From a bacterium (lineage in GTDB: Bacteria; Babelota; Babeliae; Babelales; RVW-14): 64,000 bases of DNA. Position numbers and translations under genes: made by a program. Below the pieces are notes generated by a model that made no database searches, was not told the DNA's origin, and was given only the letters and a program-made list of their open reading frames with translations. Positions 29,201-36,632 of the stretch are shown piece after piece. Position 1 is the stretch's first letter; each line of letters opens with the position of its first letter. Location: the NCBI GenBank assembly GCA_043822925.1, contig JBDRBF010000002.1, forward strand, positions 1 to 64,000. Reading direction: 5' to 3'.

Positions 29201-31817
29201 GTTGAAGCATAGATGTATAAAGTCTTACTTCTGGGAAGCGGTAACGGTCTGGATCTACTCCATCATAGGTGATACGTTTATCTGCAAAGTACATGCGTTC
29301 GCCACCAAGCATTGCTGGATATGAGCTTGCTGGAACTCCGTCGATCATTTTTGTTACGTCGCTATGGACAATGTTCGTATCATAGAACGATGCATGGTTG
29401 TTAAAGAACATTGCAGGCGAGTTGTAACGCATGTATGAGTATTCTGGTAGAGCTGAAATTGTAAGTGGACGGGTTGCTACTTCATTGCCCATATAATCGA
29501 GCAAGATAGTTGGCATGTTTACAATACCAGCTTTATCAACTATTGAATCTGTTGCATAAGAACGAGGGGCAAGTGTTGTTGGATCAATAATTGTTGTGTT
29601 TGATACTGATGTTACATCCAAGAGTCCTTCAACTTCAACAACATGTTGTCCGTCTTGGGTTGTATGGTCGCCGTCTTTTAGGCGGTATCCATCAAAGTTT
29701 GTGTCATCAACCATAAGACCTAATTGATAATCAAAATCTGGATCATCAATTGGGTTCATAGGATAGATAAGTTCACCTGGAATTTCTCCATCAGGATATG
29801 GTATATAGTCTTTCCAGAAGTTGTAGATGTAGCCATATGTTGATGAACCGGAGCAACGGAAGAGAGCTGTACCGTTGCCGCGCAGTGCTACTTGGGCATG
29901 ACGATTAAGCAATGCAGGGTTTGCTGCGGTAAAAGAACTAAGTGATAATGATGGGTCAATACGATCAAACAGATTTGCATCAAGACCGTCAACAACAAAA
30001 GCTGCTGGGTTCTTTTTCATGATTGTTGCAAGTGATGTTAATTCTGGAAGATCTGCAGTTTCGTTAAAGTCGTTTTGAGCCAAAAGATCGGTACGGTTTA
30101 TGCTGCCGGCGACATAATCAAAGAAGGTATTGTGGTAAATATCAAGTTTACCGTTTACGCCGAGAACAAATCCGTTACGAACGATTGTTTGATAGTTTGC
30201 TGGATTTGAATAACACCAGTTGTAACCGTAGAGTTCTGAAGGTTCTCTACCTGTAGAGCGTTTTTGCGCAATTGTTTCTTCGCCTGGGGTTGTATTGAAA
30301 TAATCCAAATAAGGGTCTGAAGCACGTTTGGTTACTGATTGTGCATCGTTAATAACCAAGAGACCGCGTCTTGTTGTTGGGTCTACGACGTAAGGCTTTG
30401 TTGTAGTATTATTGTATGTAACATCGTCGACTGTACGTAAGAAAGCTTGTCCACCAGCTGGATATGAATAATCAAGTGATTCGCGAATTTCTGCTGGGGT
30501 ATAACCTGCAACATAGTGACCTTGAACAATGACTGCTCCATCGTTAAATGGGAAACGTGCGGTCATTTGTTCGTATTCTGCGTCATCTATGGTGTAGCCG
30601 TCTTGGAAGCCAAGAAGATATGCACCAAGAATAAAGAGAACCATGCGACCGGAACCGGTATTTGAAGGATCAAATGCCAAAGACGCAAAGTTGTTTAAAT
30701 CTGGAACAAATTCAGGGTCTTCTGTTTTTGGAAGGTGCTTGATACCGGTATCGTCATTTGATACATAGGTGATTATTGAGTTGTTACCAACGACAACGAT
30801 GTTTCTTTGGTCTGTGCCTGTTGCATGTTGGAAGACAACTTTGTTAATACCGTTGGTTACGTCAGCTTCTGTTTGTTCCATGGTTATGAAGACTTTTGTA
30901 CCGGCCATAGAGTTACCTACGCCTGTAAATGAGTCTCCATCTGTCATGTCAACATAGCTTGTTCCATCGATCTCGCCTAAGAATTTGATTGCGACGCCGC
31001 TTGCCATTTTGAAAATTGTTTGACCTTTACCTGCGAAGGTTAAGATCATATCAATTGCTGGCAGTGGAGCTCTTGAAGGATTAAGAATTTTTGTTCCATG
31101 TATAGTTTTGCTACGTGTTGTTAAGCCTGGGTTGATGCCAGAGAACTCAAGTGAGTTATTAACGTTGACGGTAATATTTTTACCTTCTGCAACGTTAAAG
31201 TGAACTTGAGCATGTCCCCAGCCGTCTAAATCTGGATTTGCTGGATATGGATTTACATAAGGCATGATGTACGTTGTTGGATTGTCAATATCGGCCACGA
31301 CGTTAATCGTCATATTTGCGTCTATTGCTTCCAGCGTTACATCACCATCAATCTTGAGGGGGCAAGATATTGTATGGCCATCACCATCAAGTACAGGTGT
31401 ACTTTCTTCGTCATGGTCAGGATACAAAACACCGTAAATGTTTAACGTGTTGTCTATAGTAGTAGCTGCAAATTCTGTGTTAGATTCAATGATGACTTTT
31501 TTACCACGTTTTGCAGATGTTTTAGGTTTTGCTTTGGTGAAGATTGCTTTACTGTCGTTTAATGTTTTTGAAACGACGTTAAAGCTTGAGGCTATATTGA
31601 TTTTTGAATAGTCTCTTAAAACACCTTCTGTGGTGTTATAGATATAGTCGCTTTGTGCATAGGTAGCAATGTCGCTCGATGTGTTGGCATAATCTATGCC
31701 GTCTACTGTTGTGACTTCTGATCCAACGGGCTTCCATTCAAATGCTTGTGCGTTGAATGAAGCAAGCCCGAAGACTGCTGCCAAAAGAAGCAGTTTTCTG
31801 AACTGTTTTGATATCAT
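26253..31817 (-). CDS. Giant (~1850 aa) secreted beta-rich surface protein
   Basis: MISKQFRKLLLLAAVFGLASFNAQA signal peptide after a GGGGAG RBS; G/T/D/N-rich. Confidence 0.85.
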   Translation of the reverse strand: MISKQFRKLLLLAAVFGLASFNAQAFEWKPVGSEVTTVDGIDYANTSSDIATYAQSDYIYNTTEGVLRDYSKINIASSFNVVSKTLNDSKAIFTKAKPKTSAKRGKKVIIESNTEFAATTIDNTLNIYGVLYPDHDEESTPVLDGDGHTISCPLKIDGDVTLEAIDANMTINVVADIDNPTTYIMPYVNPYPANPDLDGWGHAQVHFNVAEGKNITVNVNNSLEFSGINPGLTTRSKTIHGTKILNPSRAPLPAIDMILTFAGKGQTIFKMASGVAIKFLGEIDGTSYVDMTDGDSFTGVGNSMAGTKVFITMEQTEADVTNGINKVVFQHATGTDQRNIVVVGNNSIITYVSNDDTGIKHLPKTEDPEFVPDLNNFASLAFDPSNTGSGRMVLFILGAYLLGFQDGYTIDDAEYEQMTARFPFNDGAVIVQGHYVAGYTPAEIRESLDYSYPAGGQAFLRTVDDVTYNNTTTKPYVVDPTTRRGLLVINDAQSVTKRASDPYLDYFNTTPGEETIAQKRSTGREPSELYGYNWCYSNPANYQTIVRNGFVLGVNGKLDIYHNTFFDYVAGSINRTDLLAQNDFNETADLPELTSLATIMKKNPAAFVVDGLDANLFDRIDPSLSLSSFTAANPALLNRHAQVALRGNGTALFRCSGSSTYGYIYNFWKDYIPYPDGEIPGELIYPMNPIDDPDFDYQLGLMVDDTNFDGYRLKDGDHTTQDGQHVVEVEGLLDVTSVSNTTIIDPTTLAPRSYATDSIVDKAGIVNMPTILLDYMGNEVATRPLTISALPEYSYMRYNSPAMFFNNHASFYDTNIVHSDVTKMIDGVPASSYPAMLGGERMYFADKRITYDGVDPDRYRFPEVRLYTSMLQLQESLNTSGIRFVVRDITGAVAVTPEVSPGNQSVIKFFDHGNTNDTDFKGFGRALMFGSYKNMMADNSTNWVTEGSYLNIFRKHGFIPAVGITASVIDVSLQNGNQFPTNGFTDEEYAAQRAHHLILMSTMEKGAANIAIGWPTTSGDSAEGYPYENTLYGDKLIKEVLSEDAANRFDLDAVAGVKQARLIIDGKYMVFSGFDRNGNCTATPIERMDESGKVYVNHGGKITITDTNTAIVETIIAQKAWNDYNYDGTNRVVEYSGRVDLPTDQVKFLVNAAVQPYGFTPEMLAYRSDETDGYVRLSFNNNDTRTGLTAKFDQTGAEEVVINWFNRAGDNREFAPGDRRFSFPTTRATQNITAPIAKPTSLLYIGSGDDIAQMRVAGATQSNKFQLDISGDEILPAPGHVREFTSASRQVDMPTDHFVGEGDNAVLFLEYGGRIGLGSRDWDSHSGGNSWTILGQDHVQIVPLGDGTIDLNSDIIIADKNAIVCSTMFSADTKANRITFRSDMPHKIVIPAGGELDLSSFGQATNRQEIAFGGKVSLVIEAGATIRFPAASSVVGGVVLYFNDESELIFQEGSEAQTVTQAFETAAKADVERIKIVGKGQIWTNKDAQIMVNGNVLVGVQSDTQTPITDVTISLQRESAFNIGTPTVSGGAFQVGNPVEITDAAVNFSLILGDINSKFHIDRLGFFGLGAGVIDKFNKINGAATAAGTVNVSGNPVVDADGKAVLGEDGLPMFTGVDAPVTAAKSPWTIQALYNVGQITLDLKSGQFEHNNIADGSSANGSLMAVGPSSRNGTDNYVVKVNGPLYTTVRGGGNIMKVPTLGTIYNANVWDYAGALANGEAYSILPSAALIIDRAIAADLSTATNYIYNGAYYGGKVFTYSTLDQFFNLLSFKTIKDQPRKKVCWGTEGFDVIAGFVNADVNALVYPATMNVIRRLDSPVIKEGSVRTPLNVGTAIARSDLDIDPSAFGTMEVA

Positions 31818-32352
31818 AGCTTCTCCCCTTTCAGGATAAAACTGAGTCCACCATACAATATGGTTCGTTTTTGTTAGCACTTTGGTTAATTTCTCGACCA
31901 ACGGCCTCCTTTCTTAGATTACGAAAAATTTTTTAATTTTTTTTTCGTTGGATTTGATTAAATAATTAATACGTACAGATCAAATTTTTTTGTGGTTTTT
32001 TGTGGCTTGAAGACGTTTAAGATACTTTCCATGGAAAACTCTCCTTTTTTTGGTTGGTTTTCTCGGTCTTTACTCTCTTTTGCGTTTATTTTCTTTGTCC
32101 GCCTAAGCTTTAGGCTCGGCTGGGAGCTCATCGCAGGATTTTTTCTAGATTCTATATATCATGTTTAACATGTCCATTTGTTGTTTAAATGTCAAGATCA
32201 AACTTACAGCCTGTAATGACCAGCAAAATCCAGATCTTTTTTTAGACAAACTTTATAAAACATCTAAACTTTTTAGAATAAAGATACTTGGACAGGGTAG
32301 AATTTTCATCAATCAAAAGTAAAGAGTTTTTTTTAACCAACGAAAAGATTAT

Positions 32353-33567
32353 ATGAAAAAGAGCATTATTCCTTTTTTTTCACTTGAACGTCATATTCAA
32401 AAAATTGAAAAGCCATGTCTTGATGTGGTTGCTGAAATTTTCCGTAAGCAAAGTTTTATTGGCGGAAAATTCGTAGAAGAATTTGAAGCTAAATTGGGTG
32501 AGTATCTTGGGCTTGATGCGCAAAACGTTGTTGCTTGTAATTCTGGAACCGATGGTTTGTGGCTTGCGCTTAAAGCGTTGGGCTGCAAAAAAGATTCTCT
32601 TGTTTTGACGACTGCGTTTTCTTTTATTGCATCAGCAAGTGAAATTGCATCACACGGTGGGCATCCAGTATTTATCGATATAGATCCAACAACATATAAT
32701 ATAGATCCAAAAAAAATACGGAGCTGGTTGCAAGAAAATGCAATACTTAAAAACGGCAAAGCTGTGCATAAAGTAACTGGGTTACCTGTTGAAGGCATAA
32801 TTGTTGTTGATTTATATGGTCAATGTGCAAACTATGACGAGATTGTTGAAATTGCAAACGAATGGCATTTGTGGATTATAGAAGATGCGTGCCAAGCAAT
32901 TGGAGCACAACTTAATGGTAAACAAGCCGGAACATTTGGACACATTGGTGTTTATTCGTTCTATCCAACAAAAAATCTTGGTGCATTTGGTGATGGTGGC
33001 TGTGTAGTCAGTAGAGATGCTGAGCTTGCTGCTACTGTTCGTCAGCTTAAAAATCATGGTCGAAAGAGCCATTATAATTATGAAAGCCTGGGAATTAATA
33101 GCCGTCTTGATGCAATGCAGGCTGCGTTTTTAACTATTAAGCTTGGTGATCTTGATACTATAAATCAAGCGCGTCATGATATTGCACAAAAATATGAACA
33201 AGCATTTTCAAAGTTTACAGGTGTAATTACTCCAAAAGAAATTACCGGCAAGCATGTGTATCATCAATATTGTGTAACGTTTGCTGATAATCAAACCAGA
33301 CAAGCTTTTATAGCGCATTTAGATAATTATGGTATTGGTTATAATTTTTATTACCCACAAGCACTTACTGAAATAGACTTTTTAAATACACACAAAGATT
33401 TAGTAAATGCATGTCCGGTATCTGCACATTTACCAAAAACTATTTTGGCGTTGCCTATTTGGCCAGAATTAAATGAACAAGAAATTACTTATATTTGCTC
33501 AGCGATTACACAATTTGAACAAACAATTACACCAGCAGCTACAAAAGTATCCCAATTAGGGGCATAA
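32353..33567 (+). CDS. DegT/DnrJ/EryC1/StrS PLP aminotransferase
   Basis: NSGTDGL, IEDACQAIG, SFYPTKNLGAFGDGG. Confidence 0.93.
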   Translation: MKKSIIPFFSLERHIQKIEKPCLDVVAEIFRKQSFIGGKFVEEFEAKLGEYLGLDAQNVVACNSGTDGLWLALKALGCKKDSLVLTTAFSFIASASEIASHGGHPVFIDIDPTTYNIDPKKIRSWLQENAILKNGKAVHKVTGLPVEGIIVVDLYGQCANYDEIVEIANEWHLWIIEDACQAIGAQLNGKQAGTFGHIGVYSFYPTKNLGAFGDGGCVVSRDAELAATVRQLKNHGRKSHYNYESLGINSRLDAMQAAFLTIKLGDLDTINQARHDIAQKYEQAFSKFTGVITPKEITGKHVYHQYCVTFADNQTRQAFIAHLDNYGIGYNFYYPQALTEIDFLNTHKDLVNACPVSAHLPKTILALPIWPELNEQEITYICSAITQFEQTITPAATKVSQLGA

Positions 33568-33569
33568 AA

Positions 33570-34184
33570 ATGGCAGGTTTTTTTGTAATGATAGAAGGCA
33601 TTGATGGTTCTGGCAAGTCAGTTCTTGCGCAAGCAATTGCACAAAAACTAAAAGCACAAAATCGTGAAGTTCTTCTGACCAAAGAACCGGGAGGTTCAGA
33701 TTTGGGTAAGCATTTGCGTGCTATGTTACAAAAACAACCGGTGCCGATTTCTGGCAAAACAGAATTTTTATTGTTTGCTGCCGATCGTGCACATCATTAT
33801 GAAACAATTATTAAACCAGCTCTTGAACGAGGCGCGATTGTAATTTCTGACCGCGGGCCAGATTCTTCGCTTGCGTATCAGAGTTATGGACGTGGTGTTG
33901 ATAAAGATATGATCGAGCGTGTTAACCAGTGGGCCACGCTCAATATTAACCCCGATATTATTTTATATGTACGTGTTGATATAGACGTTGCATGCAAGCG
34001 TTTTGCTGATCGTGGTAAAGTTTTGACAACGTTTGAGAAAGAACAGAAAGATTTCTGGCAACGAGTCTCTCAGGGCTATGAGACTATGTATGCGGGGCGT
34101 ACAGACGTTGCTTTTATTGACGGTAATCAAAATAAACAAGCGGTGCTTGATTCGGCGTTAGCTTGTCATCCCACCTGGGGTTAA
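33570..34184 (+). CDS. tmk: Thymidylate kinase
   Basis: EGIDGSGKS, KEPGG, DR..SSLAYQ. Confidence 0.95.
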   Translation: MAGFFVMIEGIDGSGKSVLAQAIAQKLKAQNREVLLTKEPGGSDLGKHLRAMLQKQPVPISGKTEFLLFAADRAHHYETIIKPALERGAIVISDRGPDSSLAYQSYGRGVDKDMIERVNQWATLNINPDIILYVRVDIDVACKRFADRGKVLTTFEKEQKDFWQRVSQGYETMYAGRTDVAFIDGNQNKQAVLDSALACHPTWG

Positions 34185-34247
34185 AAACCGCCAGGCTAAA
34201 GAACGGGAACGCGTAGCGCTGCTACGCTCTTTGTTTACAATGATCAT

Positions 34248-35114
34248 TTGATTTTGGAGATATGCATGATGTGTTCTGGCGTTTCTACATACTTAATTGT
34301 CGGTCCAGGAACGTCGTTACAAGACTACACAGAATCGTTCATTCAAAAATCTCTCTGCCCAAATTATTCTGTTGTCATCCCAGACTTGCCTGTCCGCCAT
34401 AGCTCCACAGGAGCGACGGCTGGAATCTGGGATCCAAGTTCACATAATAGTAAAAATAAAGCATCCTGTTTTTGTGCGACGTGCAGAAAAATTAAAGCAC
34501 ATCAATATCATGCATTAGTTTGGATCTGCCCAGCCCAAGATTATAAAATCGAAGATATCGATATTATATTTGAAAAAGTTAGATTTTCGTTGGACCCAGG
34601 CGCACAGTTTTTCTTTGTGCTGGAAAAAGCAGAGACTTTATCGACGATTGTTGCTAACAAATTATTAAAAGTGCTTGAAGAACCACCAGCCGGGTATAAT
34701 TTTATTTTGACGACGACTAACCAGCAAGCAATTCTTAAGACTATATTTTCTCGTTGTTTTGTGATTAGATTGCCGGGCCAGTGCGATAGTACGCTTGAGC
34801 ATCCGGTACTCGAATATTTTATGTATTCTTACAAAATGTCTGACTCGTATGGTTTTACTCAAGCGCTGCGTGCCAATAGGTTATCTGATACAGATAGCAT
34901 GCTGCTGGCTGATTCTTTACTCGCGCACTTTGCGCATAAAGTAACAGAATATGTGAATAATTCTGAACTTGTTCAAGACGCGCAGCAAACGACCCAATAC
35001 GTACAGGCTCAAAAAGCGATAGAAGTTATCACGCATCATATGCGCAAACCGCCGCAGTCTGGCAGTTCTGAGTTGTTCTGGAAAAATTTGTTCTTACACT
35101 TTCCTCGCCCGTAA
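34248..35114 (+). CDS. holB: DNA polymerase III delta-prime-like subunit with in-frame repeat insertion
   Basis: ANKLLKVLEEPP, TIFSRC, CFCATC; follows tmk. Confidence 0.85.
   Translation: MILEICMMCSGVSTYLIVGPGTSLQDYTESFIQKSLCPNYSVVIPDLPVRHSSTGATAGIWDPSSHNSKNKASCFCATCRKIKAHQYHALVWICPAQDYKIEDIDIIFEKVRFSLDPGAQFFFVLEKAETLSTIVANKLLKVLEEPPAGYNFILTTTNQQAILKTIFSRCFVIRLPGQCDSTLEHPVLEYFMYSYKMSDSYGFTQALRANRLSDTDSMLLADSLLAHFAHKVTEYVNNSELVQDAQQTTQYVQAQKAIEVITHHMRKPPQSGSSELFWKNLFLHFPRP
34365..34439 (+). repeat. Nested palindromic repeat inside holB
   Basis: tattctgttgtcatcccagacttg[cctgtccgccatagctccacaggagcgacggctgga]atctgggatccaagt. Confidence 0.9.
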
Positions 35115-35148
35115 TATGGTTATGCATTATTTTTTCTTATGTTTTTTT

Positions 35149-35222
35149 TATTCTGTCGTCATCCTGACCGTGCCCGGCGTAGCCTTGTGCGAAGCCTGGG
35201 TCTCGATCTGGGATCCAAGTCC
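35149..35222 (+). repeat. Nested repeat upstream of GIY-YIG
   Basis: tattctgtcgtcatcctga[ccgtgcccggcgtagccttgtgcgaagcctggg]tctcgatctgggatccaagtcc. Confidence 0.9.
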
Positions 35223-35258
35223 TATTTCCTTCCTACCTATTTTTCCCCTGCTCTATTC

Positions 35259-35289
35259 TGTCGTCATCCCAGACTTGATCTGGGATCCA
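35259..35289 (+). repeat. Left palindromic repeat flanking GIY-YIG
   Basis: tgtcgtcatcccagacttgatctgggatcca. Confidence 0.95.
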
Positions 35290-35324
35290 AGTCCATATAA
35301 AACTAAAAAATAGGGGTATCAGTA

Positions 35325-35630
35325 ATGAAAATATACGTTGTTTACATTCTTACGAATAAACCACGTGGTACATTGTATGTAGGGGTTACTAATAATTTAA
35401 AATGTCGAATGCGAGAGCATAGGCTTGGGTTGGTTGATGGGTTTACTAAAAAATATGATTTAAAAATGTTAGTGCATGTTGAGCAGTCTGATTCTGCCAT
35501 TAGTGCGATATCCAGAGAGAAACGACTTAAAAGTTGGAATCGGAAGTGGAAAATCGATTTGATTGAAGAGAATAATCCGACGTGGGAAAACTTGTACGAA
35601 AAGATTTTTGGTCCTGATGATGAGGAATAA
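35325..35630 (+). CDS. Stand-alone GIY-YIG nuclease (UPF0213-like)
   Basis: YVVYILTN..GTLYVGVTNNL..RMREH, FTKKY, AISREKRLKSW, NPTW. Confidence 0.93.
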   Translation: MKIYVVYILTNKPRGTLYVGVTNNLKCRMREHRLGLVDGFTKKYDLKMLVHVEQSDSAISAISREKRLKSWNRKWKIDLIEENNPTWENLYEKIFGPDDEE

Positions 35631-35633
35631 TGA

Positions 35634-35698
35634 CCCAGGCTTCGCCAAGGCTACGCCGGGCAAGCTCTGGATCCCAGATCAAGTCTGGGATGACGACA
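35634..35698 (-). repeat. Right-flank repeats of GIY-YIG
   Basis: Inner-family hairpin 35634-35662 plus an exact reverse complement of 35259-35289 at 35668-35698. Confidence 0.95.
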
Positions 35699-35790
35699 TT
35701 TATGATAAATAATGAGAATAGGACGATAGAAATTCAGGATGTTTTACTATAAAGAATTAGGCTGTTTTATATGCCCATAGGCAATAGGCT

Positions 35791-36618
35791 ATGACCAGAA
35801 TTAAAAATTATCTTCTACAATTTGTTCAGATGCAGTTAATAATCACGATAATCGCGTTGCCTATATTAATACACTGGGGCCTGTCGATGTCCGTGATGTC
35901 TCTTGTCGGTAATTTTATTTTTACGCCGATATTTGCGCTGGTTATTATCCTGAGCTCGCTTATCTTTTATACAGAGCTTCTGTGTATCCCCAACAGTTTT
36001 TTAGTAACCTGTTATGAGCATGTGATATCTTTTTGGGACAGAATTTTGGATATCGGCCAAAAGTCTTGGCTTGTTGAGTATGCGCACCCGGGGCTTTGGG
36101 TGCTTCTTTCTATCCCACTTATTACTATTCTGTTTTTGTGTTCAAGAAGAGTAAATACGATATATAAGCGTATTTTGGGCATGTTTATTATTCTTGTTTT
36201 GAGCACGGTTGTGCTTTCGTACATTCAGGTGCAAAAAGTAAAAAGTTATACGCACGATTTTAATCACGAAGATTTTGTGATTAAAATAAATTCAGACAAA
36301 ACGCTTACGTTTATAGATAACGGTTTTTTTAATTCTAAACGCTCGCCGGAAAAAGTGGTCGAGTTTGAACTCAAGCAGTTTATAACGAAAAAATATGGTT
36401 CTACTGTTTTTGCTGAACTTATACTTATGCGTCCGGGCTTTCGCAGTTTTGAGGGTGCGTATGCATTTTGTCAGCAATTTCATGTGAGAAAAGTTATTAT
36501 GTCTGAGCTTACAGAAGCTAAAAAAAAGAAGCTGACCAACCAGGGTTGGTCAATCTTCTTTAAATTCACTGATTATTTGCGGGATAATAATATTGAGCTG
36601 AGTTCTTTGTTTAAATAA
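35791..36618 (+). CDS. Membrane protein resembling the C-terminal part of the ComEC competence domain
   Basis: QLIITIIALPILIHWG..SLVGNFIFTP pattern, several TM helices. Confidence 0.55.
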   Translation: MTRIKNYLLQFVQMQLIITIIALPILIHWGLSMSVMSLVGNFIFTPIFALVIILSSLIFYTELLCIPNSFLVTCYEHVISFWDRILDIGQKSWLVEYAHPGLWVLLSIPLITILFLCSRRVNTIYKRILGMFIILVLSTVVLSYIQVQKVKSYTHDFNHEDFVIKINSDKTLTFIDNGFFNSKRSPEKVVEFELKQFITKKYGSTVFAELILMRPGFRSFEGAYAFCQQFHVRKVIMSELTEAKKKKLTNQGWSIFFKFTDYLRDNNIELSSLFK

Positions 36619-36632
36619 TTGAGACTATTATT

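Noticed and set aside
26868-30957. Many plus-strand ORFs opposite the giant gene
   Set aside because: Antisense shadows caused by codon bias.
35116-35313. 65-aa ORF upstream of GIY-YIG
   Set aside because: Mostly translated repeat DNA (VVIPDLIWDPS); probably not a gene.
34365-35698. Repeat cluster as a CRISPR array
   Set aside because: Irregular spacing, inverted orientations, nested inserts and no cas genes.
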